Counted from the stretch's first letter, positions 11,306 to 19,898 are shown. The stretch: DNA of 64,000 nucleotides from an uncultured Candidatus Rokubacteria bacterium (GCA_963754315.1 CAVWFS010000008.1:628990-692989), one strand, 5' to 3'. Program-made: numbers and translations. The notes: generated by a model not told the origin, from the letters alone.

Positions 11306-11626
11306 GTGGACGATCAGACTTTTACCCGCGTGGCCGAGTGCGATCTGTGCCGTGCCCAGCGCATGACGCGCTGGTATCACGAGGACGACGTCTGCTGGAT
11401 CGCCGAGTGCGACGTGTGCGACGTGCCCATGGTCGTCTGGCGCTACCACGGGGTGACGCCCCCGGGGGCGCACGTCGAGCACATGCGGGACCGGTTACGG
11501 GAGGTGGCCGCAGAGCAACTCGGCGAGTTCTGGATCGATGGCCACATGCGCAACATCCCGGATCACTATCATGCGCACGCCCGTCCTCGCGACGGCTTCT
11601 TCGGCCGCGACGCCCCCCGCAAATAA
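11306..11626 (+). CDS. Small HIT-like protein with CxxC motifs
   Basis: CDLC, CDVC and C-terminal HYHAH (HxHxH) motif; last gene of the operon. Confidence 0.6.
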   Translation: MDDQTFTRVAECDLCRAQRMTRWYHEDDVCWIAECDVCDVPMVVWRYHGVTPPGAHVEHMRDRLREVAAEQLGEFWIDGHMRNIPDHYHAHARPRDGFFGRDAPRK

Positions 11627-11659
11627 GCCGGCCCTGCCCCCGGGACTGGCCTCATCGTC

Positions 11660-14600
11660 CTAGGGCCTGACGTCAGGCCCCAGGTCGATCCAAATCCTCT
11701 CTTTCTGTGGCTGGCCGCCCCCGACGACGAGGTTGTAGCGGCCGGGGACGAGGGGTCGCTGCTCGGTGACATGGAGGCGGAGGCGGCGGCCGTCACCCAC
11801 GGGCAAGAACAAACGGCCCGTGGCGAACACGGTGCCCTCCTGGCTGATCGTGACGGTACCGGTGTTCTCGGCGGCGACGGCGCCCGGCGTCCTCAGGAGC
11901 CGCTGGCAGGACCAGATCCGCCCCGAGCGGCACGATAGTACCACCTCGGGGCTCGGCGCCGCTCCCTCCAAGCAGAACTGCGCTGGCGGTACGGGGTCGG
12001 TGGGGCAGGACCCGGCCAGGCCGCTCGGCGCAGGCGTGAAGCTCACGTTCCATCCCTGGCTGGCGCCGCTGGGGAAGCACGCCGCCGCCGGCCGCGGATC
12101 AGGGGATGGGTCGGTGGTGAAGCCGCTCGTCAAGGTCACGCCGAAGCCGAAGCAGCCGCCGGACGGGCAATCGACGTCCTTGACCGCCCAGGCGCAGACC
12201 GCGTCGTCGCCGGCGCTGTTCTTCTCGGTGCACGCCTCGTAGAGGTCGTCGCCCGGCTGCAGCGCGCACTGGCAGGTGCTGGACGCCGAGTTCCAGGCGC
12301 AGAAGCTGGCGGGCTGGCACCGCCCCGGACGCCCGGCGGCGTATTGCGTCTGGAAATCGCCGAACGACATGTCCATCGTCACCGTGAGGACGCCCGTCGT
12401 CGGGTCGTAGGTCCGCTGCCAGGTGGAGGGCCACGACACCTGGCCCGGGGGGGTGAACGGCACGGGCACTATCTTGATGTTGGCCTGGGAGGCCCAGACG
12501 CCCGTGGTCACGTCGAAGCCGGGGCCGACGTAGAGCTGGTAGGTCTGGGTCGTGGTGGGCTTGGCGAAGACCAGGAAGACGTAATAGGTTCCGCCGGCCT
12601 GGAAGACGCTGAGGTTTTGGGGGGGGGTGGGACCGACCAGGCGCTCTGCGTGGTCTGGCTGACCGTGGTGTCGACGTAGTACGTGCCGCGGTTGGCGGTG
12701 AGCGTGCTGCGCTGCCAGACGGCCTGGCCCGCCATCCGGATGGCGGGGACGGCGCCGCTCGTCTTCTCCGGTCCCGTGAGCAGCTGCCGGTAGAGGGGGA
12801 CGCCGTAACACGACGGGCTGGTGCAGGCCACGTCCCATGACCCCCCGCAGGTGCCGCTCGCCGCGCACCCCGGGTAGACCACGGACGTCACGTAGTCGTA
12901 CGGGCTCGTCTTGGCGGTGACGTCGGAGGCGCACTCCACCGTCTCCACGGGGGCGTTGAAGAAGGGGTCCAGGTTCACCGAGACGGTGTTGACGTACCCC
13001 GTCAGCGAGCCGTCGTCGTCGCTCAGCTCGGTCTGCCGGTCGACGTCCGTGAAGTTGTCGAACATCGCGGGGTTCCAGTTGCAGTAGCGCTTCTGGGCCG
13101 CCACGGGATCGGTCTTGTACGTGCCAGGCTGGAACAGGGGCTCGATCACGAAGTGCCGGAAGGCCACGTTGTCGAAGAAGAGGTTGGTCGAGTGAAAGGC
13201 CGGCGGGTAGTAGAAGCCGTTGGGCTGCTTCCAGGCGATGGCGGCGTTGGGCATGTAGCAGACGCCGTTGTCGTCCTGGGGCAGGCCCAGGGCCCGCCCC
13301 GCCAGGTACTGGCTGTTCACGCACGTCTGCTGGTTCTGGCTGGGGTGGCAGTCGGTGACCGTCACGGGCTGGATGTCGAGGTAGGCATTGGAGTCCTGGT
13401 AGGTGGGGCCGTCGTAGATGCTGAACATCCGCTGGTTCATGCCGAAGTTGCTGATCGGGAAGCTGACACCCTCGGCGGCCGACAGGCAGTAGTTACCGGC
13501 GGAGCCGGCGTCGCACGCGAGCCCCTGCGGGTTGAAGGGGCTCGCGCTCGAGGCGTAGGGGTTGTCCGGCTGGGTCTGGCCGACGAAGACGGTCTTGCGC
13601 ACCAGCGCCCAGTGACCGGGGATGATGTCGGAGGCGGTGTAGCCGCCGCCGGTCACCATGGTGAGCCCCCCGTTCTGGACGTCGGTGAGGACGCTGTCCA
13701 CCACCAGGTACCACTGCGGGCGCAGCCAGATGGCCGCGAAGTTCGTCTCCGTCCAGTGAAAGGACGAGGTGTAGTGGTCGAGGGCGGTGATCATGCAGTT
13801 CTGCTCTTGCAAGTTAGCGCACGCGGGCACCGCGCTACAGTCGCAGAGGGCGGGGGGCGCGGGGCAGGTGCACTGCGTGGCGGAGCGCCCGCCGCCGGAC
13901 ACCTTGGGATAGTAGCCGTCGGCCGCGGTGGCCTGGCTGGCCGGGGCGAGGGGATTGGCGACGGGGGCCAGCTGGGGGCTCCCCGAGCCGACGCCGAGGC
14001 ACGGCGTGGTGTTGCCGATGGTGTTGAAGGAGTTCATGGCCGAGGAGCAATAGTTCCCGGTGAACCGCCTCAAGGGGGTGAGGGCCGCGCGGGAGATCGG
14101 ATCGATGCTGCTGCCGCTGGGAACGGCCTGCAGCGAGGCGTAGGACTCCCACTGCATGTGCCGCGAGAGGCCGCTGTTGGCCCCGGGCACGAGCCAGTAG
14201 CAGGCGCCGCACGTCCCGGCTCCGGCCGCCATGTTGTACTCGAAGTCGTTCCACCCGTTCATGATCCAGAACACTGTCGGGTGGTCGTAGTCGGAGTGGA
14301 AGGGCACCATCTCGGCGCCCGGGTTGTCCGGCGAGGCCAGGATGCCGGGGACCTGGCGCGGATTCTGCGGATTGATGACGGCGGCCCGCGCGAAGATCCC
14401 GATGTTCGATAGGAGGCGATTGTTGATCTCGGTCCCCTCCTCGAGGTAGTAGCCGTGGCCGATCGACAGGTAGCCGACGTTGCGGGCGAGTGTCACGCCG
14501 TGGGTCCCGTGCAGGACGTACCAGCGGGTCATCGAGTCGTGCACGGAGGAGTCCATCACGAAGGTGTTCGGCGGGGTCTGCCGCGCCACGTGAAAGTGGA

Positions 14601-15740
14601 CGGGATAGTGCGCCATGCGCCCTCCCTGCCCAAGCTGATAGAACTCCACGCCCTGGATCTGCACCGCCTGCGCGCCCTGGCGCAGGACCATGTGGCCCCC
14701 GAAGAAATACCCTGGCCCCGAGGACGGCGGGTCGGGAAAGGCCTGGCCGAGAGTGTCCCCGGCGGACACGATGCGGATGCTGCGCGTGAGCAGCGCCACC
14801 GCCGCCCGCGTCTCCGCGCCCGCGGCCGTGAGGGCGGGGTCGAGCTGCAGGCGGGCGGGCACCGCGCTGAGGTCGTACCGCTGTCCGTTGTGGATGTACT
14901 TGACCCCCTGCGAGACGGTCACGCTGGTGCCGCCGGCCCCCACGCTCGCGATGGTGAGCTGCTCGGAGTGCCCGGGGAGATAGTCCGTGGTGGTGACCAC
15001 GATCTGGTCGCCCGGCTGCCAGTCCACCGCGCGGTCCAGCGCGAGCTGGTGTCGCCCGGCTGCAGGGTCTGGTTCAGCCGGACCCAGCTCGTGCCGGAAT
15101 TCGACGAGTCGACCGTGGTGTAGGTCGCGCCCTTCTTGCCGAAGAGCTGCAACGTGCCGCCGTAGGAGACGGCCAGGACCTTGTAGCCGAAGTAGCCCTT
15201 GACGGTGCCACCGTCGTCGGAGGGCAAGGGCTGGTACTGGTAGAAGAAGTCGGTGACCCCGCCGGGCAGGGCGACCTTGCTGCCCCCGTTGGAGTTCCAG
15301 ACGCTCGCGGGGATGCCGCACTGCGCGTCGGTCACGCAGACGATGCCCTGCCCGCCGTCACCGTTCCCGGTTCCCGCCGCCTGCTCCGGCCCGTAGAGGT
15401 GGATGGTGACCACGCCGCCCTGGGTGCCGATGGGGGCGGTGGGCGAGCCAGCGATCAGGCTGCCGCCGTTCTCCACGAGGATCGACCGGGCCCAGAAGTC
15501 GATGGTGGCGTCGGCGAAGATCAGGCTTCCGCCCGCGATGACGTTGACGTTCCCGAACTGATAGGTACCGGCCCCCACCCGGCAGGGGACATTGACGAGC
15601 AGATCGGTACCAGGCTGGCCCGGCGGCGCCAGCGTTCCCCCCGTGCAGCTCGCCACCACGCTCGCCGCCTCCGCCGCGCCCATCGGGCCGGCCACGATCG
15701 CCAAGGTTAGGGCCGCCATCGCCACCATCAATCTGTTCAT
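11660..15740 (-). CDS. Large secreted G8-domain protein (TMEM2/CEMIP/fibrocystin-like), about 1,360 aa; frameshifts near 15045 and 12620
   Basis: Signal peptide MNRLMVAMAALTLAIVAGPMGAAEAA; G8-type segments SILVENGGSLIAG, GGTLQLFG, WQPGDQIVVTTTD, VALLTRSIRI, GQGGRMAHYPVHFH, IGHGYYLEEGTE; pieces in three ORFs join with two indels. Confidence 0.82.
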
Positions 15741-16044
15741 GGCGTCCTCGCGAGGGTTGGAGCGTGTGGGTTCAGAACGTTTCGCGCCTTCGTCCACAAT
15801 CGTACCAGGCCAAGCCGGGACCAGGTCAGTGGCCCAATTGGTAGACCTTCGCCATAGCCTGGTTCGACTCGCTTGGAGATCCTTCCGTCGCGAACCAGCG
15901 GTCGAAGTCTCGAGGTGCCCACCGGGCGCCCGGCCACCGCGGGCCCTGCCCGCTCTTCGCGGCCGGGCTGGGAGTGGCTCAGAGCCTGGGGGACTCGCGA
16001 GCCGGCCGAACCCGTTGGGGCTCATCACCGCTACGGCAAACCGG

Positions 16045-16110
16045 TGCAACCGGTAAAACGTGCTGAAAACGCCGCTCTGGATGCGGGCTTTCACCGTTTC
16101 ACCGGTTGCA
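16045..16110. repeat. Inverted repeat, 16-bp arms with 1 mismatch
   Basis: TGCAACCGGTAAAACG (16045-16060) and CGTTTCACCGGTTGCA (16095-16110), with further imperfect pairing inside. Confidence 0.75.
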
Positions 16111-16317
16111 TCGCTTTTGCGCGCTGGAACGAGCATGGAGTGCGACAGGAACGTGAGTACCTCCCATGGGGGAGACCCAATCCGTCGGATCAACCCTCCA
16201 CGGGGCCCTCGGGGCGAGGGGCGGGGGTTGAAACTGGCGGATGAGGAACCACGCCTCGATCTTCATCGTGCAGCGGTCGCCGTCTCTCAGCCTCCCGGCG
16301 TGGACCGCCCTCACGCG

Positions 16318-16461
16318 TCAAAACTTGAGCTTCTCGTAGTGGAGTTGCCAACTCTCCGTGAGCCTACCGCCTTTGACGTTCTTGGCTTTCTGGCGGGCGG
16401 GCAGGTCCTCGACTTTCCTCGCATTCTTCTTCGCCTTCGACCGCTGACTTTTCTTGGCCAT
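16318..16461 (-). CDS. GG-leader peptide P6 (47 aa): MAKKSQRSKAKKNARKVEDLPARQKAKNVKGG-RLTESWQLHYEKLKF
   Basis: Translated by hand; GGAGG RBS upstream; leader homologous to four neighbours. Confidence 0.88.
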   Translation of the reverse strand: MAKKSQRSKAKKNARKVEDLPARQKAKNVKGGRLTESWQLHYEKLKF

Positions 16462-16493
16462 GTCAGATCCTCCATCCAGTCGCCCGTGGCGTC

Positions 16494-16670
16494 TCAGGGG
16501 CGGGATCGCGTGAGGCCTGGAGGTTTCGGCTCTCGTTCTTCCGTTGCACTCTCGCGGCGCTCACCGAACCTCAACTTGCCGCCTCCCTGGACGCCCTTGC
16601 GGGGCGCGAGATCCTCCACCAGGACGACGTCGTCGCGTCGCTTTCTCTTTGTCTCCGGCCGATTCCTCAT
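16494..16670 (-). CDS. Divergent GG-motif peptide P5 (58 aa): MRNRPETKRKRRDDVVLVEDLAPRKGVQGG-GKLRFGERRESATEEREPKPPGLTRSRP
   Basis: Translated by hand; basic N-terminus and EDL..V.GG motif; in-line with the array; weaker RBS (GGTAGGG). Confidence 0.72.
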   Translation of the reverse strand: MRNRPETKRKRRDDVVLVEDLAPRKGVQGGGKLRFGERRESATEEREPKPPGLTRSRP

Positions 16671-16693
16671 GCACCCTACCAGACGTGTGTTTC

Positions 16694-16733
16694 GGCGTCG
16701 AGCCTGTGCGGGCGCCCGCGCAAGCTCGACGCC
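16694..16733. other. Strong intergenic hairpin inside the peptide array
   Basis: GGCGTCGAGC-CTGTGCGGG-CG-CCCGCGCAA-GCTCGACGCC; its 17-mer TCGAGCCTGTGCGGGCG recurs at 17244-17260. Confidence 0.7.
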
Positions 16734-16761
16734 TACCGCTCTTGCCCCGCGGCCCCGACGG

Positions 16762-16908
16762 TTACAATTTGCCGGTCAGCACCGAGGGCTCGAGCTTTGC
16801 GAAGTGGAATCCGCCGCCCCTGACGTTCTTGGCCTTGCGGCCAGACGGCAGATCGGCCATCTTGTTCGCCTTGCGCACCTTCGCCGATCTCTGACTCTTC
16901 TTGCCCAT
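16762..16908 (-). CDS. GG-leader peptide P4 (48 aa): MGKKSQRSAKVRKANKMADLPSGRKAKNVRGG-GFHFAKLEPSVLTGKL
   Basis: Internal ATG of the track ORF 16762..16959; GGAAGGGG RBS; conserved leader. Confidence 0.88.
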   Translation of the reverse strand: MGKKSQRSAKVRKANKMADLPSGRKAKNVRGGGFHFAKLEPSVLTGKL

Positions 16909-17115
16909 TGTCAGCCCCTTCCCGGCTTCCTCAGCCATCGACCACTTCTGCTCCGTCACGGGCCGGCCCGCAACGGGTCATCCATTAGGTGAGCCCCAGC
17001 TCAGGCTGTCGATGTGTAATTCCTCTCCACGGCGCCGCTTTGACCGCTTCGGGCTCCCTTCGCGCATGGCGCCCTCCCTTCGCGGTGATGACTGCGCCGC
17101 TACAGACGAGTTCAC

Positions 17116-17226
17116 GCAACGGCGGTGCCATGTGCGAATTCGCGCTGGATTCCGGGCTTTACACGCGGCACCACGGCTGCCGTGGCACCACGTTGGTTGC
17201 GTTCCAGGGCCGCCATGGTCTCATTT
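17116..17226 (-). promoter_or_regulatory. Sigma54 promoter module, copy 2 (upstream of P4-P6)
   Basis: Minus strand TGGCAC-CGCCG-TTGC at 17116-17130; the whole ~115 bp aligns with 18029-18138. Confidence 0.82.
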
Positions 17227-17335
17227 CCCAGGTGGTGTTGGCCTCGAGCCTGTGCGGGCGACCCGCCTCTGTTTCGCCATCGTCCGCCCCCCGTCCGTAT
17301 CATCCGGTCCCGCCACTGCCCTTCAGGTAGGACGC

Positions 17336-17482
17336 CTATCCAGCTGAGAAACGTGAAACAAGGCCAGCGTGGAGGCGTTGAGTCCCGCCACCCCTGACAT
17401 TCCTGGCCTTGCGGTCCGCCGGCAGGTTGGCCATCTTCTGCGACTTGCGCGGCTTCACTCGCTCCTGACTCTTCCTGGCCAT
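17336..17482 (-). CDS. GG-leader peptide P3 (48 aa): MARKSQERVKPRKSQKMANLPADRKARNVRGG-GTQRLHAGLVSRFSAG
   Basis: Internal ATG of the track ORF 17336..17593; GGGAGAGG RBS; conserved leader. Confidence 0.88.
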   Translation of the reverse strand: MARKSQERVKPRKSQKMANLPADRKARNVRGGGTQRLHAGLVSRFSAG

Positions 17483-17601
17483 GGTCCGCCTCTCCCGTGT
17501 CGGTCCGGACTTGATGTCGTTCCCCACAAACTGATGGTGAAGCGGCTCATGGCCGCAGGGGCAGCGCCTCCCTGGTCCGTCACCGCGCGGCACGCGGCAG
17601 G

Positions 17602-17757
17602 TCAGTAGTTGGCTGAGTTCCAGCTCAAGCTCTGAACCTTGATTTCCCCGCCACGGCGTTCGCCGCCCTTGACGTTCTTCGCCTTGGTCCCCGGCGACAG
17701 ATCCCCTAGCTTCTTGACCTTGGTCTGTCTCGACCGCTTCTGGCTCTTCTTGGCCAT
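17602..17757 (-). CDS. GG-leader peptide P2 (51 aa): MAKKSQKRSRQTKVKKLGDLSPGTKAKNVKGG-ERRGGEIKVQSLSWNSANY
   Basis: Translated by hand; GAGGAGG RBS; conserved leader. Confidence 0.9.
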   Translation of the reverse strand: MAKKSQKRSRQTKVKKLGDLSPGTKAKNVKGGERRGGEIKVQSLSWNSANY

Positions 17758-17775
17758 GTCGTCCTCCTCGGTCGG

Positions 17776-17922
17776 TTAGATCAACCGCTTCGACGCGAAA
17801 TTGAAATAGGGTTGAATGCGCTCGCCGCCGCCGCTGACGTTCTTGGCCTTACGGCCCGGCGGGAGATCCACCACCTTCGCCTTGCTCCGCCGCGTCGACC
17901 GCGCTGGCATCTTCTTGGCCAC
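17776..17922 (-). CDS. GG-leader peptide P1 (48 aa, GTG start): MAKKMPARSTRRSKAKVVDLPPGRKAKNVSGG-GERIQPYFNFASKRLI
   Basis: Translated by hand; GGAAGGAAGGAAG purine-rich RBS; conserved leader. Confidence 0.87.
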   Translation of the reverse strand: MAKKMPARSTRRSKAKVVDLPPGRKAKNVSGGGERIQPYFNFASKRLI

Positions 17923-18028
17923 GGCACTTCCTTCCTTCCGCTGAACTCGCTGAATGGACCGCGAACCACGCGGGCCCTTTTGGGCCCCCCTTGCAATCTG
18001 ATGTATGCCGCTACGTGGCCACTCTGAG

Positions 18029-18138
18029 GCAACGACGGTGCCAGGTCCGGATCACCAGCGGATTCCAGGCTTTACGTGTGGCGCGATCAGGGACCAGGGC
18101 GTCGTTGGTAGCGTTCCGGGGCCGCAATGGTCTCATTC
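18029..18138 (-). promoter_or_regulatory. Sigma54 promoter module, copy 1 (upstream of P1-P3)
   Basis: Minus strand CTGGCAC-CGTCG-TTGC at 18029-18044; duplicated at 17116-17226. Confidence 0.82.
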
Positions 18139-18269
18139 CCGGCGTGAGGCGTGGGCGGACCCGGCCGCGCGGGCTGTTCCGACCCGCCAGGACGTGTTTC
18201 CCCGTGGTTGAGCGAAACGCCTCCGGGGCCTACCGCGGTCGAGGGCCTCACCCAGGGGTCCAGCAACTG

Positions 18270-18401
18270 GGTGAGCTTGCGGTCGAGGGTCGAGCGCGAG
18301 AGGCCGAGCACCCGTGCTGCTTGACGCTTGTTTCCTCCCAGACGGGCAAGGACGTCGCCGATGTGCCGGCGCTCCACCGCGCGGAGTGAGAGGTCATTCA
18401 A
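18270..18401 (-). other. Fis-type HTH coding segment (standalone small regulator or remnant of a sigma54 enhancer-binding protein); gene boundaries uncertain
   Basis: LSLRAVERRHIGDVLARLGGNKRQAARVLGLSRSTLDRKL inside ORF 18087..18713; no AAA+ GAFTGA domain upstream. Confidence 0.75.
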
Positions 18402-18739
18402 GGCCGACCCGAAGCGCTGGATGGCCGTGACCGCCCCGCAGGGGGGCTGGCGGACGGGCGGGCGGCGCTCGCCGCGAGCCAGCCGAACACCCCATATAGG
18501 AACACCGAGAGGACATCGCCGGAGAGGCTCTACCTGAACGGCGTCATCCCCGAGGTGACGTGATGAACGCGCAGACCCTCCCTCGCGTGAAATGCCCAAC
18601 CGGGACAACTTCATCAGGCGCCCCGCGCGGGGATCGCGATAGGCGGAGGACAGGAGGGGCAAGCCCTCGAGGTTCACGGGCCAGGCTGGATCGAGCGGTC
18701 CATCCTCTAGCACACTGGTGTAAACGGCGGGATGTGGCG

Positions 18740-19155
18740 ATGCGTCAATCGCGTGTGCGAGTGCTTCCGATCCTCCTGGTTCTGGTCCTCCTGGCGGGCG
18801 AAACCAACGGGGCCACTGGTCACTGGCCGGCGGAGAACCTCCAGCCGCTCGTCGTAGGCTGGCAACAGTTTTTCCGGGTTCAGTGGGACGCCGGGCGACT
18901 CGAAGGCCAGCCCATCGTCGAGGGCTACGTCACGAACGTTTGGAACTTCCCGGCGCAGAAGATCCAGTTGCTCGTGAGCGGCTACGACGGCTCCGGCCGT
19001 CGGGTGGGTCAGCTCATCGCCTGGGGCCCGCGTCGGATCAACCCTGGCTCGCGCGTCTACTTCGACGTCCCGGTCCCTTCCGCGGCCTCGTACGACGTGG
19101 CGATCTTTGCGTGGGACTGGGTGCAGCGAGGCCCCGGCCGACGCTTGTCTCATGA
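18740..19155 (+). CDS. Secreted FxLYD-like Ig-fold hypothetical protein; 3' end uncertain
   Basis: Signal-like N-terminus, VEGYVTN..IQLLVSGYDGSGRRVG..INPGSRVYFDVPVP; the reading frame runs on into the antisense of the next gene, so the end is an estimate. Confidence 0.55.
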
Positions 19156-19294
19156 GCTTCGGGGGCGGCCCCCGCTCCACGGTCGAGCGCTCGATGCGTC
19201 TGCTCGGCGAGCACGCGATGCCGCATTGCGCGGAGCCTCAGCCGGGATGAATGTTGCTCAGGGCGGCACGCTGATGTGCGGCGCCGCGCGCGGG

Positions 19295-19744
19295 TCAGCG
19301 GCGATGGTGGCGTCGCAGCAAATCCAGGTCGAAGAGGTCCTTGGGTCGACCGAGCGCTCGCTTGTTGCGAATCAATGCGTCGATTCCGATAACGGGAAAG
19401 GGTACGTCGCCGTATGTCGCTGCTGTCCGTATCGGCCAGGCCTCTTCGAATTCCACTCCCGTGATCGACGTCATGATATCGATCCGCCTGGGTGCCACGC
19501 CGATCTGAAACACGACATCAGGGGTGGAGAGGTCCGATTCCGCCAGATCGATCAGTGGCGCTCCGAATACCGCGAGTGCCTGGTGCACTCGCTGCGCGTT
19601 GTCAGGCGAGGGATCGATCCAGATGTCCAAGCCGCCGGTGGCGCGGGGCTCACTGTGATACGAGACGGCGTAGGCGCCGACGACGAGGAACCTAGCTTCC
19701 GCGTCGGATAAGGCGCGCAAGAGATCGCGAAAGTCCGGGTTCAC
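19295..19744 (-). CDS. Nucleotidyltransferase-fold protein (DUF6036/AbiEii-like, putative TA component)
   Basis: FLVVGAYAVSYH..PRATGGLDIWI and NKRALGRPKDLFDL; GTG start overlaps the upstream small ORF. Confidence 0.75.
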   Translation of the reverse strand: MNPDFRDLLRALSDAEARFLVVGAYAVSYHSEPRATGGLDIWIDPSPDNAQRVHQALAVFGAPLIDLAESDLSTPDVVFQIGVAPRRIDIMTSITGVEFEEAWPIRTAATYGDVPFPVIGIDALIRNKRALGRPKDLFDLDLLRRHHRR

Positions 19745-19898
19745 CGGGGTCCCAGCCCTTGAGCCGCCAGATCTCCTCGCTGAGCCGCCAGGTCTCGGCG
19801 AACCGTTCGTCCGGCGTGATCTGCGCCCAGAACTCCGTATCGATCTCCTCATCCGACCCGTGCCGGATGACCTTGCGGGCCGTCATCGCACGTTTCAT
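19692..19898 (-). CDS. Small partner protein of the nucleotidyltransferase (putative antitoxin)
   Basis: 68 aa, FWAQITPDERF motif, overlaps the NTase start; TGA-TAGACT -10 lies 6 nt before the ATG. Confidence 0.65.
   Translation of the reverse strand: MKRAMTARKVIRHGSDEEIDTEFWAQITPDERFAETWRLSEEIWRLKGWDPGEPGLSRSLARLIRRGS

Noticed and set aside
15790..15870. c-di-GMP-II riboswitch-like words (GCTATGGCGAA..AATTGGGC) on the minus strand ahead of the G8 gene
   Set aside because: The expected downstream GAGC..GTAGTGCAACCG part is missing; it cannot be supported without a covariance-model search.
16099..16314. Seventh small ORF after the peptide array
   Set aside because: No DL..GG leader, no well-spaced RBS, and it overlaps hairpins.
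16060..16992. 310-aa plus-strand ORF and other plus-strand ORFs over the peptide array
   Set aside because: Antisense shadows of the peptide genes; no recognisable domains, while the minus-strand genes have RBSs and mutual homology.
17183..17200. Plus-strand TGGCAC as a divergent sigma54 promoter
   Set aside because: No GC at the -12 position and not conserved in the second promoter copy.
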